Positions 41,479 through 50,840 are shown, numbered from the stretch's first letter. The stretch is DNA of 51,473 nt from Candidatus Limnocylindrales bacterium (GCA_036002405.1 DASYTK010000041.1:1-51473), one strand, 5' to 3'. The notes: generated by a model from the letters alone, not told the origin. Made by a program: numbers and translations.

Positions 41479-43425
41479 ATGAGTGCCGACCGCCAGCCGC
41501 GCCAGGACGGGGTCGTGCCCGTCACGCCGCTCCGCCGTCGCGACCGCGGCCCGGATCCGGCTGCGATCGTCGCCTTCCTGCTCGTCACGTTCGTTGCGCT
41601 CGGCCTGCTGAAGCCCTGGCAGCCGAGCCGGGGCGGCACCGCGGAGGCGCCGCCCGTCGCGCCGGCTCGGCCGGCCGAGGCCGCTCCGTCGGCGGTCGGC
41701 GGGGGCGGTGACGCGCTGCGGGTGGCCTCGGAGGATCTGGGCCTGGGACCGCCGCGCTCCCTGGGCGCATTCCGCCTGGGCCTCCCCACGCTCCGCTGGG
41801 ACGACGTACGCGCCCTCGAGCCGGAGCCCGACGAATGGGGCGTCCATGCCCTGATCGCGAGGCCGGATCGCCGACCCGCCGACCGTCCGCCGGCGGCCGA
41901 CGAGGTGCTGGTCGATTCCTCCTGGTTCGTCGCCAGCCGGTGGGCGCCCGCCACGCCGCTCTCCCCCGGGCTTCTCTCCTACAGCGCGGATCCCGGCCGG
42001 ATCGTGAGCGATGCTGTCATCGTCCCGACGGGGGAGGAGGCGGTCGCTGCGCTGGGCGTGACAAGCCCGCTCGACGAGATCCCGCTCGATATCCGGATCT
42101 GGCGGCTCCGACGCGGCGCCGTCCCCGAGCGACTGATCCTTCGCGAAATGCCCGGCCGGGAACCGGGCGGCCGGCGCCTCTTCCTCGCCCCGCCGGCGAA
42201 GGCCGTGGCGCGCGACCACTGGGCGCCCGGCCTCTACCGCGTCGACATGTTGCTTGGCGACCGGATCTCCCGGCTGACGGTCCTCCTGCCAGGACGGCCG
42301 CAGACCGGGCCCGAGCGCGAGGAGCCCGAGATCATCGACATCGCCGAGCTCAGCCGGCGTTTCGGGGACCTGCCGCCGGGCCCCTTCGTCGTCGACATCG
42401 CTCACGGCCCCGTCCACCTCACGGCCGCGCCGTCCCCGCCGCTCGACGAGCGCCAGGCCTGGCTGAGCGAGGGGCGCCCGGGCTCGGAGCGCTCGAACGT
42501 CCTGGCCCGAGTGGAGGACAGCGGGATCCTCGCCATGGGCTATTCCCTGGGCCCGGACAGGCGCTTCGCGAGCGCTCTCCTCTACCGGCTCGCACCTGAC
42601 GGTGGTCGCGTTCCGGCGGCACCGATGGTGGGCCGGCCGACGCGCTGGCCGGAGCCGCCCGCGAACACCCGGATCGCCTGGGCCGTCTTTCAGCCGGAGG
42701 GTGGAGGGCTGAGCTGGGTGCCGGGGATCTACCGCATGGACGTCGAGTGGCTCGACGCCGCCGGTCGGCACCGCGCGTCCTGGCATATCGATCTCGTTCC
42801 GCTCGGGGCGCCGGCGCTCGAGCCGCCCTTCCTTGCCGCGGTCCGGGACTGGGCCGGATATGCCGGCCGACCGGGTGTCGTCGTCGGCACGGCGCGCCAG
42901 GACGAGGGCGGGCCTCGCTCCGCCCGGATGCGGGCATTCCCGCAGCCACCCGGCAGGGCCGATCCGGAGCCGGAGCGGCTCGGGCAGGAGTGCGGCGGCG
43001 GCGCGCTCATCGATGCCGGCCAGCACCTGGTTGGGATCGGCTACCAGGCGGTAGGCGCGGTGAGCGTCGCGGTCCGCCGTCGGTTCGTCGACGGGCAGGT
43101 CCTCGAGGTGCCCGTGGCTTCGGTGACCTCGGCCGTGCCCGGACTGGCGGTGCTCGGACTGGCGGAGGGTGGCCCCTGGCGGCCGGGCGTCTACGAAGTC
43201 GACCTTGCTCGGGGGGCCCTCTTCCCGCCCAACGGCGGCGCGCCGTCCCTGAGGGAGCAGCGATTTGTCGTCTGCGTCGGGCGAGCCGGGGCGGCCGGAC
43301 TGCGAGTGCCATACTCCGCCGTCTCGGCCGAGGCCTACGCCGCCGCGTCCCGGGGACTGAGCAACCTGGGCGCGATCTGGCCACTCTTCGGGCCAGGCGA
43401 AACGCGCACGCTTCAACCCAGGTGA
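41479..43425 (+). CDS. Membrane-anchored hypothetical protein with three W-x-P-G-x-Y modules
   Basis: N-terminal TM ending LLKPW. Motifs WAPGLYRVD, WVPGIYRMD, WRPGVYEVD. Its stop overlaps the next GTG. Confidence 0.7.
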   Translation: MSADRQPRQDGVVPVTPLRRRDRGPDPAAIVAFLLVTFVALGLLKPWQPSRGGTAEAPPVAPARPAEAAPSAVGGGGDALRVASEDLGLGPPRSLGAFRLGLPTLRWDDVRALEPEPDEWGVHALIARPDRRPADRPPAADEVLVDSSWFVASRWAPATPLSPGLLSYSADPGRIVSDAVIVPTGEEAVAALGVTSPLDEIPLDIRIWRLRRGAVPERLILREMPGREPGGRRLFLAPPAKAVARDHWAPGLYRVDMLLGDRISRLTVLLPGRPQTGPEREEPEIIDIAELSRRFGDLPPGPFVVDIAHGPVHLTAAPSPPLDERQAWLSEGRPGSERSNVLARVEDSGILAMGYSLGPDRRFASALLYRLAPDGGRVPAAPMVGRPTRWPEPPANTRIAWAVFQPEGGGLSWVPGIYRMDVEWLDAAGRHRASWHIDLVPLGAPALEPPFLAAVRDWAGYAGRPGVVVGTARQDEGGPRSARMRAFPQPPGRADPEPERLGQECGGGALIDAGQHLVGIGYQAVGAVSVAVRRRFVDGQVLEVPVASVTSAVPGLAVLGLAEGGPWRPGVYEVDLARGALFPPNGGAPSLREQRFVVCVGRAGAAGLRVPYSAVSAEAYAAASRGLSNLGAIWPLFGPGETRTLQPR

Positions 43426-43961
43426 GAACGCCGCCCACGCTCGTCCTGGGGCATGGCGCTTCTGGCGACGCGACCTCGATGGGGCCTTACGTCGATGGGT
43501 TGGCGGAGCGGGGGATCGCCGCCGTCGCGATCGACCTTCCTCGTCGCGGTCGGTCGGTCGTGCCCGCCGAAGGCGCCGTCGACGCGTTCGCGGCGCAGGT
43601 CGCGGCGGGGGACGCGGTGGGCGGCCACTCGTACGGCGGCCGCGTGGCCTCTCTCGTCGCGGCTGCGCAACCCAACTCGATCGCGGCGCTCGTCCTGTAC
43701 AGCTATCCCCTCCATGCGCCCGGCAGGCCCGAGGGCTGGGACGCGCGGACCGCCCACTGGTCATCGATCCGCTGCCCCGTGCTCCTGCTCGTGGGGGACG
43801 CAGACCCCTTCGTCCGCCTCGACCTGCTCGAGCAGGCGAGCGCCCGCCTGGCGCGCGCCGAGCTCGCCGTGATCCCCGGCGGTCGGCACGGGCTCCATCG
43901 CTCGGCCGCCTTCGGCGAGGTCCTCGACAGGAGCGCGGCGTTCCTCCGCTCGCTGGGCTGA
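43422..43961 (+). CDS. Small alpha/beta-hydrolase (KANL3/Tex30-like)
   Basis: LGHGASG, nucleophile elbow GGHSYGGR, YPLHAPG, GDADPF, GGRHGL. Confidence 0.85.
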   Translation: MRTPPTLVLGHGASGDATSMGPYVDGLAERGIAAVAIDLPRRGRSVVPAEGAVDAFAAQVAAGDAVGGHSYGGRVASLVAAAQPNSIAALVLYSYPLHAPGRPEGWDARTAHWSSIRCPVLLLVGDADPFVRLDLLEQASARLARAELAVIPGGRHGLHRSAAFGEVLDRSAAFLRSLG

Positions 43962-44018
43962 CGCGCGGACCGCGCCGCGATCGGCCGCGGGGCCGCCGTC
44001 ACCCGCTAGCATCGCCTC

Positions 44019-45074
44019 GTGGCGATCACACTGTCGCGCAAGATCCCGCTCGTCGAGCTGCACTGCCATCTGGGCGGGGCCGTGGCGCCCGCGATCATGT
44101 GGGGGATCGCCCACGCCCAGGGGATCCGCCTGCCGACGAAGGATTACTGGGAGTTCCGGCGGCTGATCACCGTCTCGGCCCGGCACGGGCGCTCGTTCGA
44201 CGGGTACCTCGAGCTCTTCCATTGGACTGAGCTCATCCAGTCGTCGCCGCTGGCGGTTGAGCGCTCGGTGTACGAGGTGATCGGCGGCGCCTATCGCAAG
44301 AACAACATCACGACGATCGAGCTGCGCTTCAATCCGATGAAGCGGAACCGGGGCGGCGAGCAGGACCTCGACCACATCATCAGCGCCGCGATTCGGGGCA
44401 TGGATCGGGCGATGCTCGAGTACCCCGTCCGGCCAGGCCTGATCTTCTGCCTGGACCGGGCGTTCCCCTATGCGCTCAACGAGATCATCGCCGAGAAGGC
44501 GATCGCCTACTCTGGGCGAGGCGTCGTGGGCATCGACATCGCCGGCCCGGAGACCAAGGCCTTCCGGCCGCGGGAATACCGGCGGCTGTTCGATCGGGCC
44601 CGACGGAAGGGGCTGGGCATCACCGTCCACACCGGGGAGGTCGGGGAGCTCGAGGAGATCGGTCAGGTGATCGAGGCGCTCGAGCCGGCGCGGATCGGCC
44701 ACGGCGTGAAGAGCGCCTTCGATCCGCGGACGATGGAGATGATCCGGGATCGCGACATCACCCTCGAGATCTGCCCAACCAGCAATATCAATACACGGGT
44801 GGTGTCCGGCTGGGACGAGTTCCGCTGGATCTTCGATACGTTCCGGCGAAACGGCATCCGCTTCACCGTCAACACCGACGGCCCCGAGATGCTGCGGACC
44901 TACATGCGCGACGAGCTCGCCGCGCTGGGCAGGCTGGGGATCCTCTCAGTCGACGAGCAGGCCCAGTCGATCGAGTGGGCTCGCCAGGCCTCCTTCGTGT
45001 CCGAGGTCAACGAGGTCCCGCCGCCCAGCCGCCCGCCGGCGGCCCGCCGCGCCCTCGAGAAAGAGGAGGCCTGA
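44019..45074 (+). CDS. Adenosine/adenine deaminase family amidohydrolase
   Basis: ELHCHLGG, GIDIAGPE, TVHTGE, RIGHG, EICPTSN, NTDGP. TAGCAT 6 nt upstream of the GTG. Confidence 0.9.
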   Translation: MAITLSRKIPLVELHCHLGGAVAPAIMWGIAHAQGIRLPTKDYWEFRRLITVSARHGRSFDGYLELFHWTELIQSSPLAVERSVYEVIGGAYRKNNITTIELRFNPMKRNRGGEQDLDHIISAAIRGMDRAMLEYPVRPGLIFCLDRAFPYALNEIIAEKAIAYSGRGVVGIDIAGPETKAFRPREYRRLFDRARRKGLGITVHTGEVGELEEIGQVIEALEPARIGHGVKSAFDPRTMEMIRDRDITLEICPTSNINTRVVSGWDEFRWIFDTFRRNGIRFTVNTDGPEMLRTYMRDELAALGRLGILSVDEQAQSIEWARQASFVSEVNEVPPPSRPPAARRALEKEEA

Positions 45075-45075
45075 T

Positions 45076-45825
45076 TCAGGCCCGGGCCGGTCGCTCCTCG
45101 ATCCGGTACGTGCACGAGCGATCGCCCGACGCGATGTGCGACTCGCGCACGACGCGTGCCCCGAGCACCTCGCTGAACAGGCGGGCCTCCTCGCGGCAGG
45201 GCATCGGGTCGTGTCGAGCCACGTCGTAGATCGCACAGTTGTGCTCGCGCAGCCGGATGACGCCGCGTCCGTCGATGACGAGGGGATCGTCGGAGGCCGG
45301 TCCGTCGTGTCCGTTCGCCACGCCTGACGGTCCTCCGCGCCGGGACTCGCGCCGGCACTCGCAGAGATAGCCCTGATCGTCCTGGAAGCGCGCCAGCTCG
45401 AGCGCCCGGACCTCGAGCGGCGCCTCGAGCACGCCTCGCTCTGCGAAGCGCCTGAGGATCGCCTCGCGCAGACGAGCCCGTCGAAGCCGGAAGGCTCGCT
45501 CCGCGAGCTCACGACCCCCGAGATCCTCGAGCGCCCCTAGGAGGTCGCCCACGAGCGCCTCGTAGCCGTTCGGGAAGAGCGCCTGGGCCGAGCTGGTCAG
45601 GTCGTAGAGGTGTCGGGGCCGGCCGACGCCGTGACGGACGGCCCTGCGCGACACGAGGCCCTTCAGGGCCAGCCCGCGGAGTTGCTGAACCGCAGAGGTG
45701 CGGCTGATACCCAGGCGCTGGGCCAGCGCGTCGGGAGACAGTGGACCCGCGCGTCGGAGGGCGACCAGCACGGCCTCCCTCGTGACGTGGCCTGCCGGTG
45801 CGCCCGCGGATCGGACGCTGTGCAT
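45076..45825 (-). CDS. SufR-like HTH transcriptional regulator with C-terminal Cys cluster
   Basis: N-terminal wHTH ending VGRPRHLYDLT. C-terminal GYLCEC, EHNCAI, PCREE, GDRSCTY. Confidence 0.82.
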   Translation of the reverse strand: MHSVRSAGAPAGHVTREAVLVALRRAGPLSPDALAQRLGISRTSAVQQLRGLALKGLVSRRAVRHGVGRPRHLYDLTSSAQALFPNGYEALVGDLLGALEDLGGRELAERAFRLRRARLREAILRRFAERGVLEAPLEVRALELARFQDDQGYLCECRRESRRGGPSGVANGHDGPASDDPLVIDGRGVIRLREHNCAIYDVARHDPMPCREEARLFSEVLGARVVRESHIASGDRSCTYRIEERPARA

Positions 45826-45936
45826 GAGGCGGGCAGGGTATCACCGGATTCCCGGCCCTGCCGTCCGCCGACGCCTCGGCGAATGCCTGTGGGGTCCGTC
45901 CGTCTGGCCGTGCGTGCGTGCTAGGCTGAGCCCTCC

Positions 45937-47103
45937 GTGGACTTCGATCTGCCGCCCGAGCACGAGCTGCTCCGCCAGACGATCCGCGACTTCGCCGCTC
46001 GAGAGATCGAGCCGGTCGTCGACGATCACGAGCGGCGGCGGCGCTTCCCGAACGAGGTCGTCGCGATGCTCGGGCCGATGGGCCTTCTCGGCGTCCCGTA
46101 CCCGGAGGAGGAGGGCGGGGCAGGTCTCGACACGCTGGCCTACGCGATCGCCGTCGAGGAGCTTGCCCGCGTCTGGGGCTCGCTCGCCCTGATCGTGGCG
46201 GCCCATACCTCCCTTGGCTGCGGCCCGCTCCACCTCGCGGGCAGCCCGGAACAGAAGGAGCGTTTCCTCGTGCCCATGGCCCAGGGCCGCGTCCTGGGCG
46301 CCTACGGCCTGACCGAGCCGGAGGCCGGCTCCGACTCTGGTGGCACGCGCACGACGGCCCGGTACGAGGACGGACCGGAAGGGGGCAGCTGGGTCATCGA
46401 CGGGCGGAAGCGCTTCATCACGAACGCGGGCCAGGCCGGGACCTACATCGTCACCGCCCGGACGGGCAGCCGCGACGACGGTTCGCCGGAGATCAGCGCC
46501 TTCATCGTCCAGGCGGACGCAGCCGGCTTCAGCGTCGGGCGGCTGGAGGAGAAAATGGGCCTCCACGCGAGCGCAACCGGGGAGCTGATCTTCGAGGATT
46601 GTCGGGTGTCCGCGGGGCAGATGCTGGGTGAGCGGGGCAGTGGCTGGAAGACGTTCCTTGCCATCCTCGACGGAGGGCGGATCTCGATCGGCGCGATGGC
46701 CGTCGGTCTCGCCCAGGCGGCGCTCGACGCGTCGGTCGACTACGCCCGCGAACGGAAGCAGTTCGGTCGCCCGATCGGCACCTTCGAGGGAGTCGCCTTC
46801 ATGGTCGCCGACATGGCGACCGAGATCGAGGCGGCGCGCCAGCTGGTCTATCGCGCGGCCTGGCTCAAGGACCAGGGGCGCGATTACGCACTCGCTGCGG
46901 CGGAGGCGAAGCTCTTTGCGAGCGAGGCGTCGCAACGTGCGACGAACAACGGGGTCCAGATCCACGGCGGCTACGGCTACGTCGAGGAGTACCGCGTCGA
47001 GCGCTACCTGCGCGACGCGAAGCTGACCGAGATCGACGAGGGGACCAGCCAGATCCAGCGACTCGTCATCGGCCGCCGGATCCTCGGCCTGAAGGTCGAA
47101 TGA
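45937..47103 (+). CDS. Acyl-CoA dehydrogenase
   Basis: YGLTEPEAGSD, GRKRFITN, EKMGLHAS, RKQFGRPI, QIHGGYGY, EGTSQIQR. Confidence 0.95.
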   Translation: MDFDLPPEHELLRQTIRDFAAREIEPVVDDHERRRRFPNEVVAMLGPMGLLGVPYPEEEGGAGLDTLAYAIAVEELARVWGSLALIVAAHTSLGCGPLHLAGSPEQKERFLVPMAQGRVLGAYGLTEPEAGSDSGGTRTTARYEDGPEGGSWVIDGRKRFITNAGQAGTYIVTARTGSRDDGSPEISAFIVQADAAGFSVGRLEEKMGLHASATGELIFEDCRVSAGQMLGERGSGWKTFLAILDGGRISIGAMAVGLAQAALDASVDYARERKQFGRPIGTFEGVAFMVADMATEIEAARQLVYRAAWLKDQGRDYALAAAEAKLFASEASQRATNNGVQIHGGYGYVEEYRVERYLRDAKLTEIDEGTSQIQRLVIGRRILGLKVE

Positions 47104-47663
47104 GCTACCTCCGCTTCCTCCGACCGGGCGCCCGCGAAGGCTCGGCCCCGACCGGTCAGGAAACTGCCGCCATCCGGGCGATCTCGGCCCGACTCGAGCA
47201 GATGGACCCCCATCGGGCCGCCTTCCTGGCCGGCTTCGCCTACCTGCTCGGCCGGGTCGCCTATGCCGACCTCCACATCAGCGCCGACGAGACGGTGGAG
47301 ATGGAGCGGATCGTCCGCGACTTCGGCGGGCTCGACGAGCCCACGGCGGTCCTGATCGTCGAGATCGCCAAGTCCCAGGCCCGCCTCGAGGGAGCGACCG
47401 AGGACTTCCTCGTCGCGCGACGCTTCGCCGAGATCTCGACCGACGACGAGCGCGAGCGATTGATGCACTGCCTGTTCGCCGTCGCGTCAGCGGCCGGCGA
47501 CGTGATCACGGCCGATGAGAGCCACGAGATCCGCCAGATCGCCGAGACGCTTGGCTACACCCTGGCCGAGCTGAACGTCTTCCGTCGTCGATACGCCGAC
47601 CGGCTCGCCGCGCTGCGGCGGCCCTCGGGAGAGGTATCCCGGGCCAGCGATCCGCCCGGCTAG
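47100..47663 (+). CDS. TerB-family (DjlA N-terminal-like) protein
   Basis: LLGRVAYADLHISADE, LMHCLFAVA...ITADESHEIRQIAETLG. Confidence 0.82.
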   Translation: MSYLRFLRPGAREGSAPTGQETAAIRAISARLEQMDPHRAAFLAGFAYLLGRVAYADLHISADETVEMERIVRDFGGLDEPTAVLIVEIAKSQARLEGATEDFLVARRFAEISTDDERERLMHCLFAVASAAGDVITADESHEIRQIAETLGYTLAELNVFRRRYADRLAALRRPSGEVSRASDPPG

Positions 47664-47683
47664 CAGACAGGAGGAGGCCGCCC

Positions 47684-47887
47684 ATGTCCGTCGCCCGCAT
47701 CACAGAGATCAGCGCGACTTCGCCGAAGAGCTTCGAGGACGCGATCTCCCAGGGCATCTCGCGCGCCACGAAGACGCTCCGCAATGTTCGCAGCGCCTGG
47801 ATCAAGGAGCAGGAGGTCCTCGTCGAGAACGATCGCGTGTCGGGCTACAAGGTGAACCTGCTCATCACCTTCGTCCTGGACGACTAG
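47684..47887 (+). CDS. Dodecin-family protein
   Basis: MSVARITEISATSPKSFEDAI..GI.RA.KTLRNVRSAWIKEQ...YKVNLLITF. Strong SD. Confidence 0.9.
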   Translation: MSVARITEISATSPKSFEDAISQGISRATKTLRNVRSAWIKEQEVLVENDRVSGYKVNLLITFVLDD

Positions 47888-47906
47888 GGCGGCGCCCCGG
47901 GAGTCT

Positions 47907-49904
47907 TCAACCGCGGACGAGCGGGGAGATTGCTCGGATCGCCTCGAGCGTGAGCGGGTCGTCGAGCGCAGAGAGGTCGCCCGGATCGAGGCCCAGGTAG
48001 GCTGCCCGCGCGAGGCGGCGCATCACCTTGCCCGAGCGGGTCTTGGGGAGCGCCGGCAGGACCTCGACTCGCTCCGGCCGGAGCGGCTTGCCCAGATCCT
48101 GGGCGACGCGTGACGCGATCGAGGCCCGGAGGCCCGGGTCGTCCGACTCGGCCGGCCGCAGGACGCAAAAGAGGACGATCGCCTCGCCCTTGATCTCGTG
48201 CGGGACGCCGATCGCGGCCGCCTCGAGGACCGCCGGATGGGCCGTCGCCGCGCTCTCGACCTCGGCCGGCCCGACGCGTTTTCCGGCGATCTTCAGCGTG
48301 TCATCCGAGCGACCCTGGATGAACCAGTAGCCGTCCTCGTCGACGAGCGCCCAGTCGCCGTGGACCCAGACGTCGGGCACGCGGGACCAGTACGTTTCCA
48401 GGTACCGCTCGGGGTCGTTCCAGAAGCCGCGGGTCATCCCCGGCAGGGGCTGGCGGATGGCGAGCTCGCCGACCTGGCCACGGAGGCTCGACCCGTCCGG
48501 CCCGATGACGTCGGCGGCGGTCCCGATCGCCGGGCCGCCGAAGGAGCAGGGCTTGATCGGCGTCATCGGGTTGCACACGACGATCCCGCCCGAGACTTCC
48601 GTGCCGCCCGAGTAGTTGACGATCGGGAGACGCCCCCTCCCGACCTCCCGGAAGAGCCACCACCAGGGTTCGGGGTTCCAGGGCTCGCCCGTGGAGCCGA
48701 GGACCCGGAGCGAGGACAGGTCGTGCCCGCGGACCGGCCCCTCGCCGTGCGCCATGAGCGCCCGGATGACCGTGGGCGACAGCCCCAGGTGGGTGACCCG
48801 GTGCCGCTGGACGAGCGACCAGAGCCGGTCGGGGCCGGGATGGTCCGGCACGCCTTCGTACAGGAGGAGGCTCGCGCCCAGGAGGAGGGCCCCGGAGATG
48901 GCCCAGGGCCCCATCATCCAGCCCAGGTCGGTGAACCAGAACAGCCGGTCGCCCGGCTGCAGATCGAAGCCGTGGGCGAGATCCTGGGCGCCCTTGATCG
49001 GGAAGCCGCCGTGGACGTGGACCGCGCCCTTCGGTCGCCCCGTCGTCCCGGAGGTGTAGATGATCATGTAGGGGGTCTCCGGGTCGGTGGGCTCGGACGG
49101 CGGCAGGCTCCCCGGCTCCGCCGACTCGATCGACTCGTGCCACCAGCGGTCACGTTGGGGGTTCCAGCGGACCGTCCCGGCCGCCTCGCCCAGCCGCCGC
49201 ACGACGATCAGGCGCCGGATGCTCGGGACGTCGGCCACGGCCGCATCGGCGGTCTGTTTCAGTGGCACGACGCTGCCGCGCCGCCTGAAGCCGTCGGCCG
49301 TGACGAGCACCGACGCCCCGCAGTCGCGCAGCCGGCTCGCCACGGCTGGAGCGCCGTAGCCCGAGAAGATCGGCGTGTAGATCGCGCCCAGGCGTCCGAG
49401 GGCCAGGACGGCGATCGCCGTCTCGGGCAGCATCGGCAGGAAGATCCCCACCCGGTCGCCTGCCTGGACACCCTGGGCCGCGAACATCGCCGCCGCCCCG
49501 GCGACGGCTGTCTTCAGCTCGGCGTTCGTCAGCGAGCGGACCTCTGCGTCCTCACCTTCCCAGGCGATCGCCGCCTCGTCGGGTCTGCCCGCCGCTCGCG
49601 GCTCCACTGCCGCCGCGGCGTAGTTGAACGCCCCGCCGCTCCACCAAAGCGCCCAGGGGATCCCGGCCGAGACGTCCAGGACCCTCTGAAACGGCCGCTC
49701 CCAGGAGAGCCCCAGGTCATCGGCGGCCGCACCCCAGAACCAGGCCGGATCGGCCTCGGCTCGCGCCTGGAGGGCTTCGAGATCGCGTTCCCCGGTCGCC
49801 CGCACAAAGCGCGCCAGCCGGCTCGCCTCCGCCCGCTCCGGATCTGGGCGCCAGGCCGCACCGGGGACGTCGCGGCCGAAGCGCGGCCAGTCGCTCCTCG
49901 CCAC
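47907..49904 (-). CDS. Acetate/short-chain acyl-CoA ligase (AMP-forming)
   Basis: YTSGTTGRPKG, LGSTGEPW, YSGGTE, GRSDDTLKIAGKR, PKTRSGKVMRR. TACGAT 6 nt upstream of the GTG. Confidence 0.93.
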   Translation of the reverse strand: MARSDWPRFGRDVPGAAWRPDPERAEASRLARFVRATGERDLEALQARAEADPAWFWGAAADDLGLSWERPFQRVLDVSAGIPWALWWSGGAFNYAAAAVEPRAAGRPDEAAIAWEGEDAEVRSLTNAELKTAVAGAAAMFAAQGVQAGDRVGIFLPMLPETAIAVLALGRLGAIYTPIFSGYGAPAVASRLRDCGASVLVTADGFRRRGSVVPLKQTADAAVADVPSIRRLIVVRRLGEAAGTVRWNPQRDRWWHESIESAEPGSLPPSEPTDPETPYMIIYTSGTTGRPKGAVHVHGGFPIKGAQDLAHGFDLQPGDRLFWFTDLGWMMGPWAISGALLLGASLLLYEGVPDHPGPDRLWSLVQRHRVTHLGLSPTVIRALMAHGEGPVRGHDLSSLRVLGSTGEPWNPEPWWWLFREVGRGRLPIVNYSGGTEVSGGIVVCNPMTPIKPCSFGGPAIGTAADVIGPDGSSLRGQVGELAIRQPLPGMTRGFWNDPERYLETYWSRVPDVWVHGDWALVDEDGYWFIQGRSDDTLKIAGKRVGPAEVESAATAHPAVLEAAAIGVPHEIKGEAIVLFCVLRPAESDDPGLRASIASRVAQDLGKPLRPERVEVLPALPKTRSGKVMRRLARAAYLGLDPGDLSALDDPLTLEAIRAISPLVRG

Positions 49905-49949
49905 GCCGGCATCGTAGCGCCGGCCGCCGAGGGCGGCGGGGTCGTCGGT

Positions 49950-50840
49950 CTAGGGCGCGGCGACCTCGTGGAAGCGGACGAAGAGTCGCAGCTCACTGTT
50001 GGCGCCGACGCAGGTCTGAAGCGTCAGCGAGCTGCGCGACTGCGAGGCCCAGGCCCAGCGGGCTGAGGGGAGCGGCCGCCACGTCTTCCACCAGTCCAAG
50101 CGGTAGAAGTGTGTGCGGCCGTTGCCGTCCGCATAGGCCACGACCTGCCCGGCGGCCAGCGTTCCCGCGTAATAGGCGCGGTTCAGCGGCTTGAACCAGC
50201 TCCAGGCGTGGGCCAGGAGGTAGACGTTGTTCGAGCCCGCGCAGCCCCAGCGGTAGACGGGTGAGTCCGGCGGCCGGGAGCGGGAGCAGGAGAACCAGTC
50301 CACCGGACGATCGATCCCCAGCGCTGGATACCAGAAGTGGTTCCGACCGGAGTACCGGGCGGCTTCGCGGCGCGCCCTTTCCTCCGCGGCCGCCTTCGCC
50401 CGCGCCTCCGCTTCCGCTCGCCGCCGCTCGGCCTCCGCTCGGGCCCGCGCCTCCGCCTCGGCGCGCTCGCGGCGCTCCTGTACCTGGAGGGCCCGCGAAC
50501 GGAGGGCGGGCATCGAGTCGAGCCAGCCGCGCTCTGCGCGCTCCGCCCTCCGCGACGCCGCCTGGCCGGCTTCGAGGGCGAGCGCGACTCGGCCCAGGGC
50601 TCCGGCCGACGCTGACGCGGTGGCTGCCGCCGAGGTCAGCCGATCGGCCGGCAGGCGAAAGGCGCCTTCGGCTGCCCGGGTGCCGGTCGTGGGCTGGCGC
50701 GCGGCCAGGGTGAGCTGGGCCGCGGGGGTCGAGCGGTGGAGGCCGGTGACCCCGCCGGGCATCGCGGCGAGGAGGAGGGCCGCGAGCACGAGGAGGGTGA
50801 GACGAACGATCGAAGCGCGGCCGGGGCGCGTGCGATCCAT
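49950..50840 (-). CDS. Sortase-fold protein with a signal/TM, a long helical stalk and a C-terminal catalytic domain
   Basis: YPALGID, YLLAHA (His), LTLQTC (Cys), RLFVR (Arg). EARARAEAE-rich coiled stalk. Confidence 0.8.
   Translation of the reverse strand: MDRTRPGRASIVRLTLLVLAALLLAAMPGGVTGLHRSTPAAQLTLAARQPTTGTRAAEGAFRLPADRLTSAAATASASAGALGRVALALEAGQAASRRAERAERGWLDSMPALRSRALQVQERRERAEAEARARAEAERRRAEAEARAKAAAEERARREAARYSGRNHFWYPALGIDRPVDWFSCSRSRPPDSPVYRWGCAGSNNVYLLAHAWSWFKPLNRAYYAGTLAAGQVVAYADGNGRTHFYRLDWWKTWRPLPSARWAWASQSRSSLTLQTCVGANSELRLFVRFHEVAAP

Noticed and set aside
47025-47050. Acyl-CoA dehydrogenase EIDEGT instead of the usual EIGEGT/EIYEGT
   Set aside because: The catalytic Glu is intact. 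A single-base difference could be natural variation or a read error, and it is not informative alone.
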